Positions 1-9,750 are shown, counted from the stretch's first letter. The stretch: DNA of 64,000 nucleotides from Oceanobacillus sp. HTM 045 (GCA_009733745.1 WNWL01000004.1:1-64000); one strand, 5' to 3'. Numbers and translations are program-made. Notes: generated from the sequence alone by a model not told the origin.

Positions 1-643
1 CGCCGCCCAACTCGTCATGGGCTTCCAGGTTCACCTTGGCGACGAAGAACTTCATGTCCTGCTTGATGTAGCTGGCCAGCACGTCCGACGCGCCCTCGGG
101 GATGCGGTAGCCGTTCTCGACCAGCCAGGTTTCCAGCCCGTCCGACTCCTTCGCCGACAGGATCAGGATGTCGTACTCGCCGACTGTGTAGCTCGCCTCG
201 ATGGTCACGCCGAGATCCTCCGCGCGGCTCCCCGGCCGCCGCTCGGGGTCGATCCCCGCCGTTCCCGCACCCAGCGCCATCGCGGAAGGCACGGGGACCG
301 GCCGGCACGGGTCGTCGTCGAAATACTCGACCAGCCGCGGCGCGGTGTAGGCGTCGAGATGGTCGACGATGGCGCTCTCGGTGACGTGGATCTGCTCGCG
401 CTTCAGCACGGTCGGCGCGGGGATCACCATGGCGAACTCGCTCGGCTCTCCCTCGAAGTCGTTGACCATGGTGATGACGGTCCGGTCGCCGTCGCGCACC
501 ATCACCACCTTGGAGGCTTCGTTGAAGAGCTTGGCGTCGCCCTTGGCCACGAAGAACCCGCAGAAGGCCAGCGCGGCGGGGGAGGCGGCGAGCAGGCCGA
601 TGGCCGTGGTCGCGGCTAGGACGGAACGGGTCAGGCGGGTCAT
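1..643 (-). CDS. DUF2330-family secreted protein (N-terminal part only; gene runs off the window start)
   Basis: ATG at 643 on the minus strand. Translation reads MTRLTRSVLAATTAIGLLAASPAALAFCGFFVAKGDAKLFNEASKVVMVRDGDRTVITMVNDFEGEP..., i.e. a signal peptide plus the CGFFVAKG motif characteristic of DUF2330. No stop codon falls inside the window, so the gene is absent from the ORF track. Its ATG overlaps the TGA of the upstream gene (ATGA). Confidence 0.6.
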   Translation of the reverse strand, partial: MTRLTRSVLAATTAIGLLAASPAALAFCGFFVAKGDAKLFNEASKVVMVRDGDRTVITMVNDFEGEPSEFAMVIPAPTVLKREQIHVTESAIVDHLDAYTAPRLVEYFDDDPCRPVPVPSAMALGAGTAGIDPERRPGSRAEDLGVTIEASYTVGEYDILILSAKESDGLETWLVENGYRIPEGASDVLASYIKQDMKFFVAKVNLEAHDELGG

Positions 644-1524
644 GCGGAAACTCCCTCGGGGGTGCTGGAAATGGTGGCCGGGATCGGCGCGGGCGCAGGA
701 TTGGGGCCGGCCCCGGGGCCGGGCCTGCGCCACTGTGCCCGCGGGGCCTTGAACAGACGGTTGAACAGCGGCACCAGCGGCGCGACGCAGACCAGGCCGA
801 AGATCGGGCCCGCCGCAACCACCCACTCGAACTGCAGCGCGAATGCCACGACCGCCGCGATCACCAGCCAGATCGCCCGCGCCACCGGGTGCCACGGCGC
901 GGTCATCGGGTCGGAGATCATGAAGAAGGCGAAGATCACCAGCGCGCCGTTCTGCATCTGGTGCAGCGGGATCGCCATCGGGTCGCCCATATAGAGCGCC
1001 CGCCCGAAGGACAGCGCCGCCCAGGCGGCGAGGAAGATCAGCGGCACCTCCCAGCGCTTCGCGTGGCCGGTGACGAACATGCCGAGGCCCATCGCCACAA
1101 CCGCGATCCACGCGGTCGTGCCCCACTGCCCGGGGCTCACCCAGGCGCCGTCGAACAGCAGCACGGTGACGACGATCGCGAAGGCGCCGGGGTTGAAGAA
1201 ATGCCGCCCGTCGAACCGGATCAGCGCCTTCGAGGCCACCGCGATCACGCCCGCCAGCGCCGCCAGCGCCGGCCCGTCGGTGCGCAGCAGCAGCGTCAGC
1301 GCCAGCGCCGAGATCACCGGGCTGCGCCAGTCGAACTTCTGGCGCAGGATGCGCGAGAACAGGAACTGCGTCGCCACCGCCGCCGCCACCGCGGCCAGCG
1401 GGCGCCACCACTGCATCTCGAACGAGAACCAGACCACCCCGCAGGCAATCAGCACGCCCTGGCTGAACATCTGCCCGTGACGGGGGTCGGCGAAGACGGG
1501 GGAAGCTCTGAGTCTCGAAAGCAT
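640..1524 (-). CDS. RnfD/NqrB-like (NQR2_RnfD_RnfE family) polytopic membrane protein, about 294 aa
   Basis: ORF 640..1524. Hydrophobic multi-TM protein with FFNPGAFAIVV and ISDPMTAPW segments resembling the RnfD/NqrB NPA-type motifs. The RBS reads AAGGGA about 9 nt upstream of the ATG. Stop is 4-nt coupled to the DUF2330 gene. Confidence 0.55.
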   Translation of the reverse strand: MLSRLRASPVFADPRHGQMFSQGVLIACGVVWFSFEMQWWRPLAAVAAAVATQFLFSRILRQKFDWRSPVISALALTLLLRTDGPALAALAGVIAVASKALIRFDGRHFFNPGAFAIVVTVLLFDGAWVSPGQWGTTAWIAVVAMGLGMFVTGHAKRWEVPLIFLAAWAALSFGRALYMGDPMAIPLHQMQNGALVIFAFFMISDPMTAPWHPVARAIWLVIAAVVAFALQFEWVVAAGPIFGLVCVAPLVPLFNRLFKAPRAQWRRPGPGAGPNPAPAPIPATISSTPEGVSA

Positions 1525-1778
1525 GGGTTCAAATCCCTTTTACATCTCCCGCGATCATACCCCGGATTGTGGTCTGCCGTTGCGGGAAACGGGGCCTTTT
1601 GCCGCACGAATCCGGATGCACCGGCCATTCTTGACAGAAACCGGACGCAGGCTGTGGGGAAGGTCACAGGGGAGGCGGGGAGGGCGTGACGGGCGCTTAA
1701 TGCGGGGTCTCAGGAAGGGGCAAGGGGGAGGCGGGCGCGCAGCGCCAGCAACTTGTCACCGATGCAGCAGAGCGCGAA

Positions 1779-1930
1779 GGGACACGACCGGCCCTGGACG
1801 GGCGTGGTGCTCCTGCGGGTCTGCTTGATTTATGCCCGCAAGCCCTCCCGCCCTCAGATCCCGTTGCAGCGTTGCAAAACGCCCGGCCCCGGGGAGGGCC
1901 AGTCGTGGCCCGCGCTGGCCGCGCGTGCTG
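1779..1930 (+). repeat. Copy 1 of a roughly 150 bp structured intergenic repeat (RIME/REP-like)
   Basis: Core is GGGACACGNCCGGCCCTGGACGGGCGTGGTGCT...TGATTTATNCCCGCA...TTGCAGCGTTGCAAAACGCCCGGCCCCGGGGAGGGCC...CGTGGCCCGCGCT.GCCGCGCGTGC. Hairpins: CGCCCGG/CCGGGCG and GCGCG/CGCGC. Lies between the TerB stop and the RnfD-like gene start. Confidence 0.8.
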
Positions 1931-1971
1931 CGGCTGACCGGGGTGCCCTGAACGGCCCCCCGCCGGAAAAA

Positions 1972-2385
1972 TCACATCCGCTGGTGACGCGCCCGCGCCC
2001 CGCGCTCGATGGCGGCGGCGGCGAGGCGGCCGACGCGGAGGTCGTGGCGCAGCATCTCGAGGAAGCGCAGCTCCGTCATCGCCACCGACCCGTCCGCCGC
2101 GGCGACGTCGCAGGCCAGCGCGTAGGCCGTCTCGCGCAGGTGGTCGGGCAGGGCGGCGTTGACGAGGCCGATCAGCGCATCGAGCCCGTCCTCCTCGGTG
2201 AAGAGGTCGGCGACCATGGCCGAGACCTGCTGCACCCGGTCGAGGTCGTAGCCCTCGAACACCGGCAGCAGCTCCACGATGGCGGAGATGGACAGCAGTT
2301 CCTGATCGTCCATGTCCTCGTCGGCGGCGGAGGTGGCGATCATCACGGCAACAAGCGCGTCCTGCGCGCTCAGAACGGTGCTCAT
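1972..2385 (-). CDS. TerB-like tellurite-resistance family protein
   Basis: 137 aa acidic protein with layout typical of the TerB domain (PF05099-like). RBS AGGGACAG upstream of the ATG at 2385. Confidence 0.7.
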   Translation of the reverse strand: MSTVLSAQDALVAVMIATSAADEDMDDQELLSISAIVELLPVFEGYDLDRVQQVSAMVADLFTEEDGLDALIGLVNAALPDHLRETAYALACDVAAADGSVAMTELRFLEMLRHDLRVGRLAAAAIERGARARHQRM

Positions 2386-2551
2386 GCTCGACTGTCCCTG
2401 CTCTCTTCGGTTGCGGCGGACATTATGATCTGGGATGCCGGTCTACAAGGGTGGACGGAGGCGGTCGTGCCGCTTCGCGTCCATCCGGCGCCCGGATCGA
2501 GCTCCAAAGACCCGCGCAGGCCGCCCACGCGGCTGCGAAACCCCGAAAACC

Positions 2552-3652
2552 CTAGCCCCCGCTCTCCCCACGCCGCCATGCGGCGGGCGACAGGCCCGTC
2601 GCCTTCTTGAAGGCGCGGCTGAAGGCGGCCTCGGAGGCGTAGCCGACCTCGTAGGCGACCTCGCCGATCCGGGCCCTGCCGTCGGCGAGACGGCGGGCGG
2701 CGAGTTGGATGCGCCACTGCGTCAGGTATTGCATCGGCGCGAGGCCGACATGGTGGGCGAAGCGTTCCGCCAGCACGGTGCGCGAGGCGGCGGTGGCCTC
2801 GGCGAGATCGGCCAGCGACCAGGCCCGCGCGGGCTCCGAGTGGAGCGCCGCCAGCGCCCGCGCCGTCACCGGGTCGGCCAGCCCTGCCAGCCAGCCGCCG
2901 GAGACCCCTTCCAGCGCGATATGCCGGCGGATCGCCTCGACGAACATCAGCTCGGCCAGCCCCAGCCGCACGGAGGCCCCGCCCGCGCCGCCTCCCGCGC
3001 TCGCGCCCCGCGCCTCCGCCAGCGTCAGTTCCACCAGCCTGCCGATCAGGTCGTCGCCGCCCTCGCGGCGGATCACCAGCATCCGCGGGAGGTGCAGGAG
3101 CAGCGGGTTGAACGGCCCCGCGTCGCAGCCGAGAAAGCCGCAGATAACCCGCGTCGGCGGCGCCCCGCCGCCCCCTTCCGGGATCACGAAGGGCAACTGT
3201 CCGGAGGCCAACTCGCGGAAGAAGGCCATCGTGCCATCGTAGTCGAACTCCGGCGGCGTGTCGTGGGCAGTGCCCATCCGGTAGCCGTCGCCCTGCGGGA
3301 AGACGACGATATCCCCCTCGCGGTAGGCAACCGGCTCTCCCCCCGGCACCGAGGCCACGCCAGCCCCCTCGGTGATGACGTGGTAGGACATCATGTGCCG
3401 CGACCCCGGCAGCAGGATGTCGCGGTAATGGTCGGTATGCGGGATGTCGACGCAATAGGGCTGGCTGGCGTCGATCAGGAAGAAGGTCGCCGCGGTCAGG
3501 CGCACGGTGCGGAGCACGTCCGACAGCGGATCGACGGCCAGTTGCGTGCCCGGCGGCGGCGGTTCGCCGGACTCGGGGGGCGCCCCAGACTCCGCCACTG
3601 ACCCGGACCCTCGGGCAGGACTCCCGGACGCTGCGTCATGGCCCTCCGTCAT
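2552..3652 (-). CDS. AraC-family transcriptional regulator with N-terminal cupin/AraC-binding-like domain
   Basis: N-terminal LSDVLRTVRLTAATFFLIDASQPY (AraC_binding_2-like) and C-terminal HTH_AraC (..LADLAEATAASRTVLAERFAHHVGLAPMQYLTQWRIQLAARRL..SEAAFSRAFKKATGLSP). Confidence 0.8.
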   Translation of the reverse strand: MTEGHDAASGSPARGSGSVAESGAPPESGEPPPPGTQLAVDPLSDVLRTVRLTAATFFLIDASQPYCVDIPHTDHYRDILLPGSRHMMSYHVITEGAGVASVPGGEPVAYREGDIVVFPQGDGYRMGTAHDTPPEFDYDGTMAFFRELASGQLPFVIPEGGGGAPPTRVICGFLGCDAGPFNPLLLHLPRMLVIRREGGDDLIGRLVELTLAEARGASAGGGAGGASVRLGLAELMFVEAIRRHIALEGVSGGWLAGLADPVTARALAALHSEPARAWSLADLAEATAASRTVLAERFAHHVGLAPMQYLTQWRIQLAARRLADGRARIGEVAYEVGYASEAAFSRAFKKATGLSPAAWRRGESGG

Positions 3653-3708
3653 GGGCCGAAGATACCCTCCGGGGCATGGATTTTCCAGCGACCAGGGGGA
3701 TTTGAGCC

Positions 3709-3981
3709 ATGTTGAAGGGGCTGTCTGTATCGGTACGGAAGGCGGTATCCGGGGCGGTCTGCGCCGGAGCCCTGCTCGGCGGCTGCACGTCGCAGGAGGA
3801 TGCCGAGGAATGGCTCAATCTGCTCGTCGCGATGGTCAATGGCGGTCTGGTGGATGACTACGACGGCGGCCCGCCGAAGACGATCGAGAACCGCGGCGGC
3901 GGGGATGGTGGCGACACGGGCTCCCCAGCCGGAGCATCGTCCGGCGCTGCCTCCGGCTCGCCGGGCGCAGGCGATACCTGA
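3709..3981 (+). CDS. Small putative lipoprotein with low-complexity Gly/Asp-rich tail
   Basis: [26 protein letters not shown]..., i.e. a signal peptide with lipobox LLGGC. AGGGGGA sits about 13 nt upstream of the ATG. The C-terminal region is low complexity, so confidence is modest. Confidence 0.4.
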   Translation: MLKGLSVSVRKAVSGAVCAGALLGGCTSQEDAEEWLNLLVAMVNGGLVDDYDGGPPKTIENRGGGDGGDTGSPAGASSGAASGSPGAGDT

Positions 3982-4126
3982 CAAGGCGGCATTCCGGCCC
4001 CCAAAACCCGCCCGGAAGCCCGGTAAACGGCCCTCCCTCCCTTCCCGCCCTCGCAGTGGCCCGTTGACCGCAACGGGCCACGCGCCTATGACGCGCGCGT
4101 CTCAACACCTCGAAAGGACCGAGAAA

Positions 4127-5725
4127 ATGACCGCGCTCCGCGATGCCGCCATGAACTCCAGGGCCTGGCCCTTCGAGGAGGCGCGCCGGATCGCGAAACG
4201 CTATGAGAAAAAGCCGCCCGAGAAGGGCTACGTCCTGTTCGAGACCGGCTACGGCCCCTCCGGCCTGCCGCATATCGGCACCTTCGGCGAGGTCAGCCGC
4301 ACCACGATGGTGCGCCGGGCGTTCGAGACGATCTCGGACATCCCGACCAGGCTCCTCTGCTTCTCGGACGACATGGACGGGCTGCGCAAGGTGCCCGGCA
4401 ACGTGCCCAACCGCGAGCTGCTGGCGGAGGACCTGAACCTGCCGCTCACGAAGGTGCGCGACCCGTTCGGCACGCACGAGAGCTTCGGCGCGCACAACAA
4501 CGCGCGGCTCTGCACCTTCCTCGACCAGTTCGGCTTCGAGTACGAGTTCGCCTCCGCGACCGACTACTACCGCTCGGGCCGGTTCGACGAGATGCTGACC
4601 CGGGTGCTGGAGCGGTTCGACAAGGTGATGGAGATCATGCTCCCCACCCTCGGCGCCGTGAACGAGGAGCGGAAGGAGACCTACTCCCCCTTCCTCCCCG
4701 TCTCACCCAAGACCGGCCACGTCCTCCAGGTGCCGACGCTGGAGCGCAACCCCGCGAAGGGCACCATCGTCTACGAGGAGCCGGACGGCGAGCGGGTCGA
4801 GATCCCCGTCACCGGCGGCAACTGCAAGCTGCAGTGGAAGCCCGACTGGGCGATGCGCTGGGCCGCGCTCGGCGTCGACTACGAGATGCACGGCAAGGAC
4901 CTGATCCCCTCGGCCGATCTCGGCTCGAAGATTTGCCGCGCGCTGGGCGAGCCCGCGCCGGAGCTTTACCAGTACGAGCTGTTCCTCGACGACGAGGGCA
5001 AGAAGATCTCCAAGTCCAAGGGCAACGGCATCTCGATGGAGGACTGGCTCGCCTACGCCTCCGACGAGAGCCTGCAGCTTTACATGTACCAGAAGCCGAA
5101 AACGGCGAAGCGGCTCTATTTCGATGTCATCCCGAAGGCGGTGGACGAGTACCACCAGCACCTGCGCGCCTTCGAGGGGCAGGCGCTGGAGCAGCGGCTG
5201 CAGAACCCGGCCTGGCACATCCATAACGGCGAGCCGCCGACCTCCGACATGGTGGTCAGCTTCGCGATGCTGCTGAACCTCGCCTCGGTCGCCTCGACCG
5301 ACGACAAGCCGACGCTCTGGGGCTTCATCGCCAAGTACGCCCCCGAGGCGTCGCCGGAGAAGAATCCGGGCCTCGACGCCGCGGTGGGCTACGCGATCCG
5401 CTACTACGAGAACTTCGTGAAGCCGGCGAAGAAGTTCCGCGAGGCCTCGGAGGTTGAGCGGCAGGCGATCGCCGACCTCCGTGCGGCGCTGGCCGGGCAT
5501 GAGGGCAGCCACGACCCGGACGAGCTGCAGGACATCGTCTACGAGATCGGCAAGCAGCACTACACCAAGGAGACGCTGCGCGACTGGTTCAAGGCGCTCT
5601 ACCAGGTGCTGCTCGGCGCCGACCAGGGCCCCCGCTTCGGCGGCTTCGTCGCCCTCTACGGTGTCGAGGAGACCATCGCCCTGATCGACAGGGCGCTGGC
5701 CGGCGAGCTGGTCGACGCCGCCTGA
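4127..5725 (+). CDS. lysK: Lysine--tRNA ligase, class I (archaeal-type LysRS)
   Basis: Product starts [29 protein letters not shown]... and contains the HIGH-like PHIGT and KISKS motifs of class I LysRS. AAAGGA RBS 10 nt upstream of the ATG at 4127. The track ORF 3800..5725 is a 5' over-extension. Confidence 0.9.
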   Translation: MTALRDAAMNSRAWPFEEARRIAKRYEKKPPEKGYVLFETGYGPSGLPHIGTFGEVSRTTMVRRAFETISDIPTRLLCFSDDMDGLRKVPGNVPNRELLAEDLNLPLTKVRDPFGTHESFGAHNNARLCTFLDQFGFEYEFASATDYYRSGRFDEMLTRVLERFDKVMEIMLPTLGAVNEERKETYSPFLPVSPKTGHVLQVPTLERNPAKGTIVYEEPDGERVEIPVTGGNCKLQWKPDWAMRWAALGVDYEMHGKDLIPSADLGSKICRALGEPAPELYQYELFLDDEGKKISKSKGNGISMEDWLAYASDESLQLYMYQKPKTAKRLYFDVIPKAVDEYHQHLRAFEGQALEQRLQNPAWHIHNGEPPTSDMVVSFAMLLNLASVASTDDKPTLWGFIAKYAPEASPEKNPGLDAAVGYAIRYYENFVKPAKKFREASEVERQAIADLRAALAGHEGSHDPDELQDIVYEIGKQHYTKETLRDWFKALYQVLLGADQGPRFGGFVALYGVEETIALIDRALAGELVDAA

Positions 5726-5766
5726 GCGGGCTGGCGGGTCACGGGATTCCGCTCCGGGGATTCCGC

Positions 5767-6024
5767 TCAGAGAATGATGTCGTCGAAGGGAGGCAGGTCC
5801 GACGGGTCGGCCTCCCCGACATCCGGCGGCATCTCCAGCTCCTCCGGGTCCAGCTCGCCGAAACCGGGCGCGGGCGGGCTCAGGTCGAGCGTCAAGCCCG
5901 GCGAGTAGTGGAACTCCGGCTCCGGCTCCTCCGGCAGCACGAACTCGAACGGGCTTTCGTTCAGGCCCCAGGTCGGCTTGATCCGCACCGTGAGGCCGGT
6001 CTCGATCGGGAACTCCTCTTCCAT
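5767..6024 (-). CDS. Small acidic hypothetical protein (85 aa, MEEEFPIETGL...PPFDDIIL)
   Basis: Internal ATG at 6024 preceded by AGGAAAGGA RBS. The longer track ORF start at 6090 has no RBS. The protein is Pro/Glu-rich. Confidence 0.5.
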   Translation of the reverse strand: MEEEFPIETGLTVRIKPTWGLNESPFEFVLPEEPEPEFHYSPGLTLDLSPPAPGFGELDPEELEMPPDVGEADPSDLPPFDDIIL

Positions 6025-6140
6025 CGGGTGATCCTTTCCTGTTTCGCGTCTGGCCCTCCCGGTACGCGGCGGGGCCCGCGCAGGTTTCATCCGTCCCGGC
6101 TTCTGTGGACGCAGGGCGGGCGGAGGCGTATCCTCAACGG

Positions 6141-6566
6141 ATGTTTCGCCCCGCCCTTATCGCCGCGGCCTGTGCCCTCTCCGCCTGTTCGGGACCGTCC
6201 GACCGGGCGAGGGACTATGCCGCGGCGCTCGATGTCGCTGCACTCGGCACGCCGGCGCCGGTGTCTGGCGGCTGCGGCGAGATGCAGGGGCGGATGGGCG
6301 TCTACGGAGCTTCCGCGGCGCAACTCCTGCTCGCCGCCGCGGCGGAGCGGGTCGAGACAATCCGCGGCGCGGACGGGGCCGATATCGGCGCCGACGAGAT
6401 GCGCGACATCTCGCTCGCCATGATCGCCGACATGGCCGGCCTCACCGCCGACCTGATCGGCGCCTGCGCGGCCCCCGGCCACCGGCCGCTCGCCGCCCCG
6501 GCGGCGGGCCCGGCGCATGCCGACGGCACGCGCACCACAACCCTCTCCCGCCTGAAGGAGAACTGA
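6141..6566 (+). CDS. Putative lipoprotein
   Basis: MFRPALIAAACALSACSGPS.. with lipobox LSAC. GGAGG lies 13 nt upstream of the ATG at 6141. Confidence 0.5.
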   Translation: MFRPALIAAACALSACSGPSDRARDYAAALDVAALGTPAPVSGGCGEMQGRMGVYGASAAQLLLAAAAERVETIRGADGADIGADEMRDISLAMIADMAGLTADLIGACAAPGHRPLAAPAAGPAHADGTRTTTLSRLKEN

Positions 6567-6571
6567 GCCTC

Positions 6572-6922
6572 ATGCTCGACGTCCTGTTCTGGATCGCGCT
6601 GGTCGTGGCGCTGATCTCCGCCGTGCTGGGCAAGACCCTGCTCAACCTGATGGCCGAATACGTCAAGGCCCAGTACCCGGAGAGCTTCACCGGCCTCGCC
6701 GAGAAGGACCGCTCGCTGGTCAAGGGTTTCTCCAAGCCCGAGACCAAGGTTCGCCGCGTGCTCGCCTCGCGCCTGCTCTGGGGCTCGCTCCCGCCGCCGC
6801 TCGACAGCGACGAGCAGATCGAGCGGATGCGCGGCCACTGGCGGATCCTGTTCCTCGGCACGGTCGTTGGCTGCATCTGCGTGATCGCCATCATCTTCGC
6901 CCGCGTGCCCGCCGCGGGGTGA
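6572..6922 (+). CDS. Small membrane protein (2 predicted TM helices)
   Basis: AAGGAGA RBS directly upstream. Hydrophobic N- and C-terminal helices (MLDVLFWIALVVALISAVLG.. and ..LGTVVGCICVIAIIFARV). Confidence 0.5.
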   Translation: MLDVLFWIALVVALISAVLGKTLLNLMAEYVKAQYPESFTGLAEKDRSLVKGFSKPETKVRRVLASRLLWGSLPPPLDSDEQIERMRGHWRILFLGTVVGCICVIAIIFARVPAAG

Positions 6923-6937
6923 GTTGGCCCGCCCCGG

Positions 6938-7087
6938 CACGCGCGGCTAGCGCGGGCCACGTCCGGCCCTTGCCCCGGCCGGGCGTTTCAGGACGTTGCA
7001 AGGGAATCTGAATGCAGGAGGGGTCGCTGCCATAAACCAAGCAAATCCCGAGGTGCACCACGCCCGTCCAGGGCCGGACGTGTCCCT
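6938..7087 (-). repeat. Copy 2 of the structured intergenic repeat, in inverted orientation
   Basis: Reverse complement reads GGGACACGTCCGGCCCTGGACGGGCGTGGTGCACCTCGGGATTTGCTTGGTTTATGGCAGCG...TTGCAACGTCCTGAAACGCCCGGCCGGGGCAAGGGCCGGACGTGGCCCGCGCTAGCCGCGCGTGC. Lies between convergent genes 6572..6922(+) and chaC-like(-). Confidence 0.8.
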
Positions 7088-7284
7088 ACGCGTCGACCTC
7101 GAAAGTCAGCCGGGAAAGTACGTCGGGGAAATCCGGCCGAAACCCCCATTTCACGGCTGGCGGTGACTTCCGGCGCTCTCGGCAGCAACGGTGACATCGG
7201 CGCCGGAAAGTGAAACAGCACCCGCTGAATGACATTTCGGGCGCGGGGACATGACATTCTCGGAGCCCGTGCCAACCCGGCCAA

Positions 7285-7974
7285 TCAACCCAGCAGTTCG
7301 CGCGCGACGAGCCGTTGCAGGCGGTCCAGCATCGGGTCGTCGATCCCGACCTCCCGACAATGCAGCCATGTCTCCAGCAGGTACTCCGCGCTCGGCCCCG
7401 TGGCGCCGCACGCCCGCGCGATGTTGCGCGCCAGCGTCTCGTCGTCGAGATGCCCAGCGTAGCGCGGCGCCTGCCGATTTGCCACGAAAGTCAATGCGTT
7501 AAGCGGCCCTTGGTCGGTATCGCAGGTGACGAAACGCGGCGCGTAGGCAAGCCCGCGCATCTCGCGCCACCAGACAGGGGTCAGCCGCTCCGCCAGCCCG
7601 TCGCCGCCCGCGAGGCGGAAGCATACCCCGGTGCAGTCCCCGCCTGCGTCCAGCGCCAGCATCATGCCGGGATTTTCGCGGCTGCCGCGGTAGCGCCACT
7701 GCCATAGGCAGAACCGGCGGTGCCAGCCCTCCAGCCGGGCCAGCCGGCGCTCGGCGTAGTCCATCTCCGGGCGCCACATCAGCGAACCGTAGCCGAACAC
7801 CCAGAGGTCGCCCCCGCCATGAAGTTTTTCATGCGTTTCAAGGGTTTCGGTCATCGCCGCGGCGACGACATTCTCGTCCGCCGACGGCTGTGCGCTCTCG
7901 TCGTCCACCACCGGGGCCGGGTGGCGCGCGCGGATCAGGTCATGGGTTAGGGTGACATTTTCAGGCAAGTCCAT
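7285..7974 (-). CDS. ChaC-like gamma-glutamylcyclotransferase family protein
   Basis: Contains LWVFGYGSLMWRPEMDY, the GGCT/ChaC signature. The real start could be the internal M (MTETLETHEKLHGGGDLWVFGYG..). Confidence 0.75.
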   Translation of the reverse strand: MDLPENVTLTHDLIRARHPAPVVDDESAQPSADENVVAAAMTETLETHEKLHGGGDLWVFGYGSLMWRPEMDYAERRLARLEGWHRRFCLWQWRYRGSRENPGMMLALDAGGDCTGVCFRLAGGDGLAERLTPVWWREMRGLAYAPRFVTCDTDQGPLNALTFVANRQAPRYAGHLDDETLARNIARACGATGPSAEYLLETWLHCREVGIDDPMLDRLQRLVARELLG

Positions 7975-8013
7975 GGCGCGACGCTCCGATACGGGGGCGG
8001 CAGGGTCAAGAGG

Positions 8014-8469
8014 TCAGAGCAGGAACGGGTAGCCGCCCTCATGGCGCAGCAGCGCGATCTTGGTCTCGATCCCACCCTGCCCCGAATAGCCGCCCAGCCC
8101 CTCCGCCGAGAGCACCCGGTGGCAGGGGATCAGGATCGGGATCGGGTTCGACGCGCAGGCCTGTCCGACCGGCTGGCCAAAAGTGCCCAGCTCGTTCGCG
8201 ATCTCGCCGTAAGTCCTTGTCCTGCCGTAGGGAATCGCCAGCATCGCGTCGGAGACCTGCTTGTTCAGACCCTCCACGCCGGGCGCCAGCGGCAGGTCGA
8301 AGTCCCGCAGTTCGCCCGCCGCGTAGGCCGCGATCTGGCGCGCCGCCTCCTGCAGCAGCGGGGTCGGCTCCCGCTCCTCCCGCCCGGTCCAGCGGACCCT
8401 GACGATCGCGCCATCCCGCTCGGTGACGACGATTCGCCCGAACTCGGTCTCGACGGCGATGGACGGCAT
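8014..8469 (-). CDS. ogt: Methylated-DNA--protein-cysteine S-methyltransferase
   Basis: Active-site PCHRV motif and helix-turn-wing region (..IPILIPCHRVLSAEGLGGYSGQGGIETKIALLRHEG). Start MPSIAV.. has GGGAGAG RBS 6 nt upstream. The track ORF 8014..8559 is over-extended. Confidence 0.85.
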   Translation of the reverse strand: MPSIAVETEFGRIVVTERDGAIVRVRWTGREEREPTPLLQEAARQIAAYAAGELRDFDLPLAPGVEGLNKQVSDAMLAIPYGRTRTYGEIANELGTFGQPVGQACASNPIPILIPCHRVLSAEGLGGYSGQGGIETKIALLRHEGGYPFLL

Positions 8470-8585
8470 GGCGATCTCTCCCGGCATGGGAACAAGATAT
8501 GCACGCGGGAGCGGACATGAACCACCCGGAACGTGACCTGCTGCCGCGTGGCGGCTCAATCTCGTTCAGGAACGGGTGAAGAAGA

Positions 8586-8660
8586 TGGTGGGCGCGGCTG
8601 GGATTGAACCAGCGACCCCTACGATGTCAACGTAGTGCTCTCCCACTGAGCTACGCGCCC
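8586..8660 (-). tRNA. tRNA-Val (anticodon GAC)
   Basis: Reverse complement folds as a canonical 75 nt cloverleaf: GGGCGCGTAGCTCAGTGGGAGAGCACTACGTTGACATCGTAGGGGTCGCTGGTTCAATCCCAGCCGCGCCCACCA. Anticodon stem CTACG/CGTAG, loop TTGACAT, CCA encoded. Confidence 0.9.
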
Positions 8661-8786
8661 TCACATCGGGGTGGCAGAGGCTATAGTGCCGTGCAGCGCG
8701 TCTTGCAAGCCCGAGTTCTCACCAATCGCAAGGGGTGACGCGAGGGGAAGCTTTCCTTGGCCGCGCACCCCGTTAGATTGGAGCGT

Positions 8787-9650
8787 ATGAGCAACCTGCC
8801 GCCCTTCGTGCTGACGGAACCGGACACCCTGACGACAGGGGCGGTCTTCTCGTCCCCCCATAGTGGCCGCGCCTATCCGCGCGAGCTGGTGTCGCGGTCG
8901 CGGCTCGAGGCGCGCGCGCTCAGGGCGTCGGAGGATGCTCATGTCGACAAGCTCTTCGCAGGCGCCCCGGAGTTCGGCGCGCCGCTGATCGCCGCGACCT
9001 TCCCCCGCGCCTGGCTCGACCTGAACAGGGGGCCGGACGAGCTGGACCCCGCGCTGATCGAGGGCGCGCGGAACCAGGGCCTGAACCCGCGCGTCGCCGC
9101 CGGGCTGGGCGTGGTGCCGCGGGTCGTGGCCGAGGGCGCGGCGATCTACAGTGGCAAGATCACCTTCCGCGAGGCGGAGGCGCGGATCCGCACCTGCCAT
9201 TCTCCATATCACGAGAAGCTCGAATGGCTGATGCGCCGCGCCCGCGACGCCTTCGGCGCGGCGGTGCTGTTCGACTGCCACTCGATGCCGGCGGATGCGC
9301 TCCGCGCCGCGCCGCGCGTGCGGGGGCGGAGGCCGGAGATCGTGCTCGGCGACAGGTTCGGCGCGGCGGCGGGAAGGGGGGTGATGGCGCTGACCCAGAA
9401 CGCCTTCGAGCGGGCCGGGTTCATCGTCGCCCGCAACGCTCCCTTCGCCGGCGGCTACATCACCCAGCGCTACGGCCGGCCGGGGCGTTCGTGCCACGCG
9501 GTGCAGATCGAGATCGACCGCGACCTGTACCTCGACATGAAGACCCTGGAGCCCGGCCCGGGCTTCGAGGACGTCCACCGGGCGCTGCGCAGGGTCATCT
9601 CGGAACTGGTGGAGATCCACCCGAGCAACCTGTCCTACGCCGCCGAGTAG
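8787..9650 (+). CDS. N-formylglutamate amidohydrolase family protein
   Basis: MSNLPPFVLTEPD...SSPHSGRAYP...FDCHSMP..., the FGase (HutG-like) family signature. GGAG 4 nt upstream of the ATG at 8787. Confidence 0.8.
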   Translation: MSNLPPFVLTEPDTLTTGAVFSSPHSGRAYPRELVSRSRLEARALRASEDAHVDKLFAGAPEFGAPLIAATFPRAWLDLNRGPDELDPALIEGARNQGLNPRVAAGLGVVPRVVAEGAAIYSGKITFREAEARIRTCHSPYHEKLEWLMRRARDAFGAAVLFDCHSMPADALRAAPRVRGRRPEIVLGDRFGAAAGRGVMALTQNAFERAGFIVARNAPFAGGYITQRYGRPGRSCHAVQIEIDRDLYLDMKTLEPGPGFEDVHRALRRVISELVEIHPSNLSYAAE

Positions 9651-9750
9651 TTCGCGCGGCCGATCCGCGGCCTGCTTCGTTTTCCGGTTCTCCCGCTTTC
9701 GATCGAAGGTCCGCTCAGGGCGGAGCCCGGCCGGTCCAACCGGTGCGGGC

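Noticed and set aside
15-818. Long Arg/Pro/Gly-rich ORFs antisense to or out of frame with recognisable genes. Examples are 15..818, 2382..3455, 8039..8518, 12533..13909, 13914..15290, 17135..19954, 17254..19320, 23617..24759, 39199..41121, 42533..44158, 47351..51094, 47580..48941, 49221..50768, 55830..57860 and 57875..60022.
   Set aside because: These are typical GC-rich frame artefacts: biased R/P/G/A composition, no RBS, and each overlaps a confidently identified gene on the other strand or frame.
1753-2610. Track ORFs 1753..2610, 12576..12833, 44952..45503 and 47002..47919, which share a recurring TPGPGEG(R/Q)(A/S)WP peptide.
   Set aside because: The shared peptide is just the translation of the dispersed GC-rich repeat. 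It is not a protein family.
3800-4126. 5' extensions of track ORFs beyond the chosen starts. Affected genes are lysK 3800, ogt 8559, dinB 11346, the ParB-like gene 13890, GGDEF 25554, SPFH 28858, soxB 52948, MaoC 55752 and the deiminase gene 25165.
   Set aside because: The extensions are Arg/Pro-rich, lack an RBS and overlap neighbouring genes. Internal starts have SD sequences and match family N-termini.
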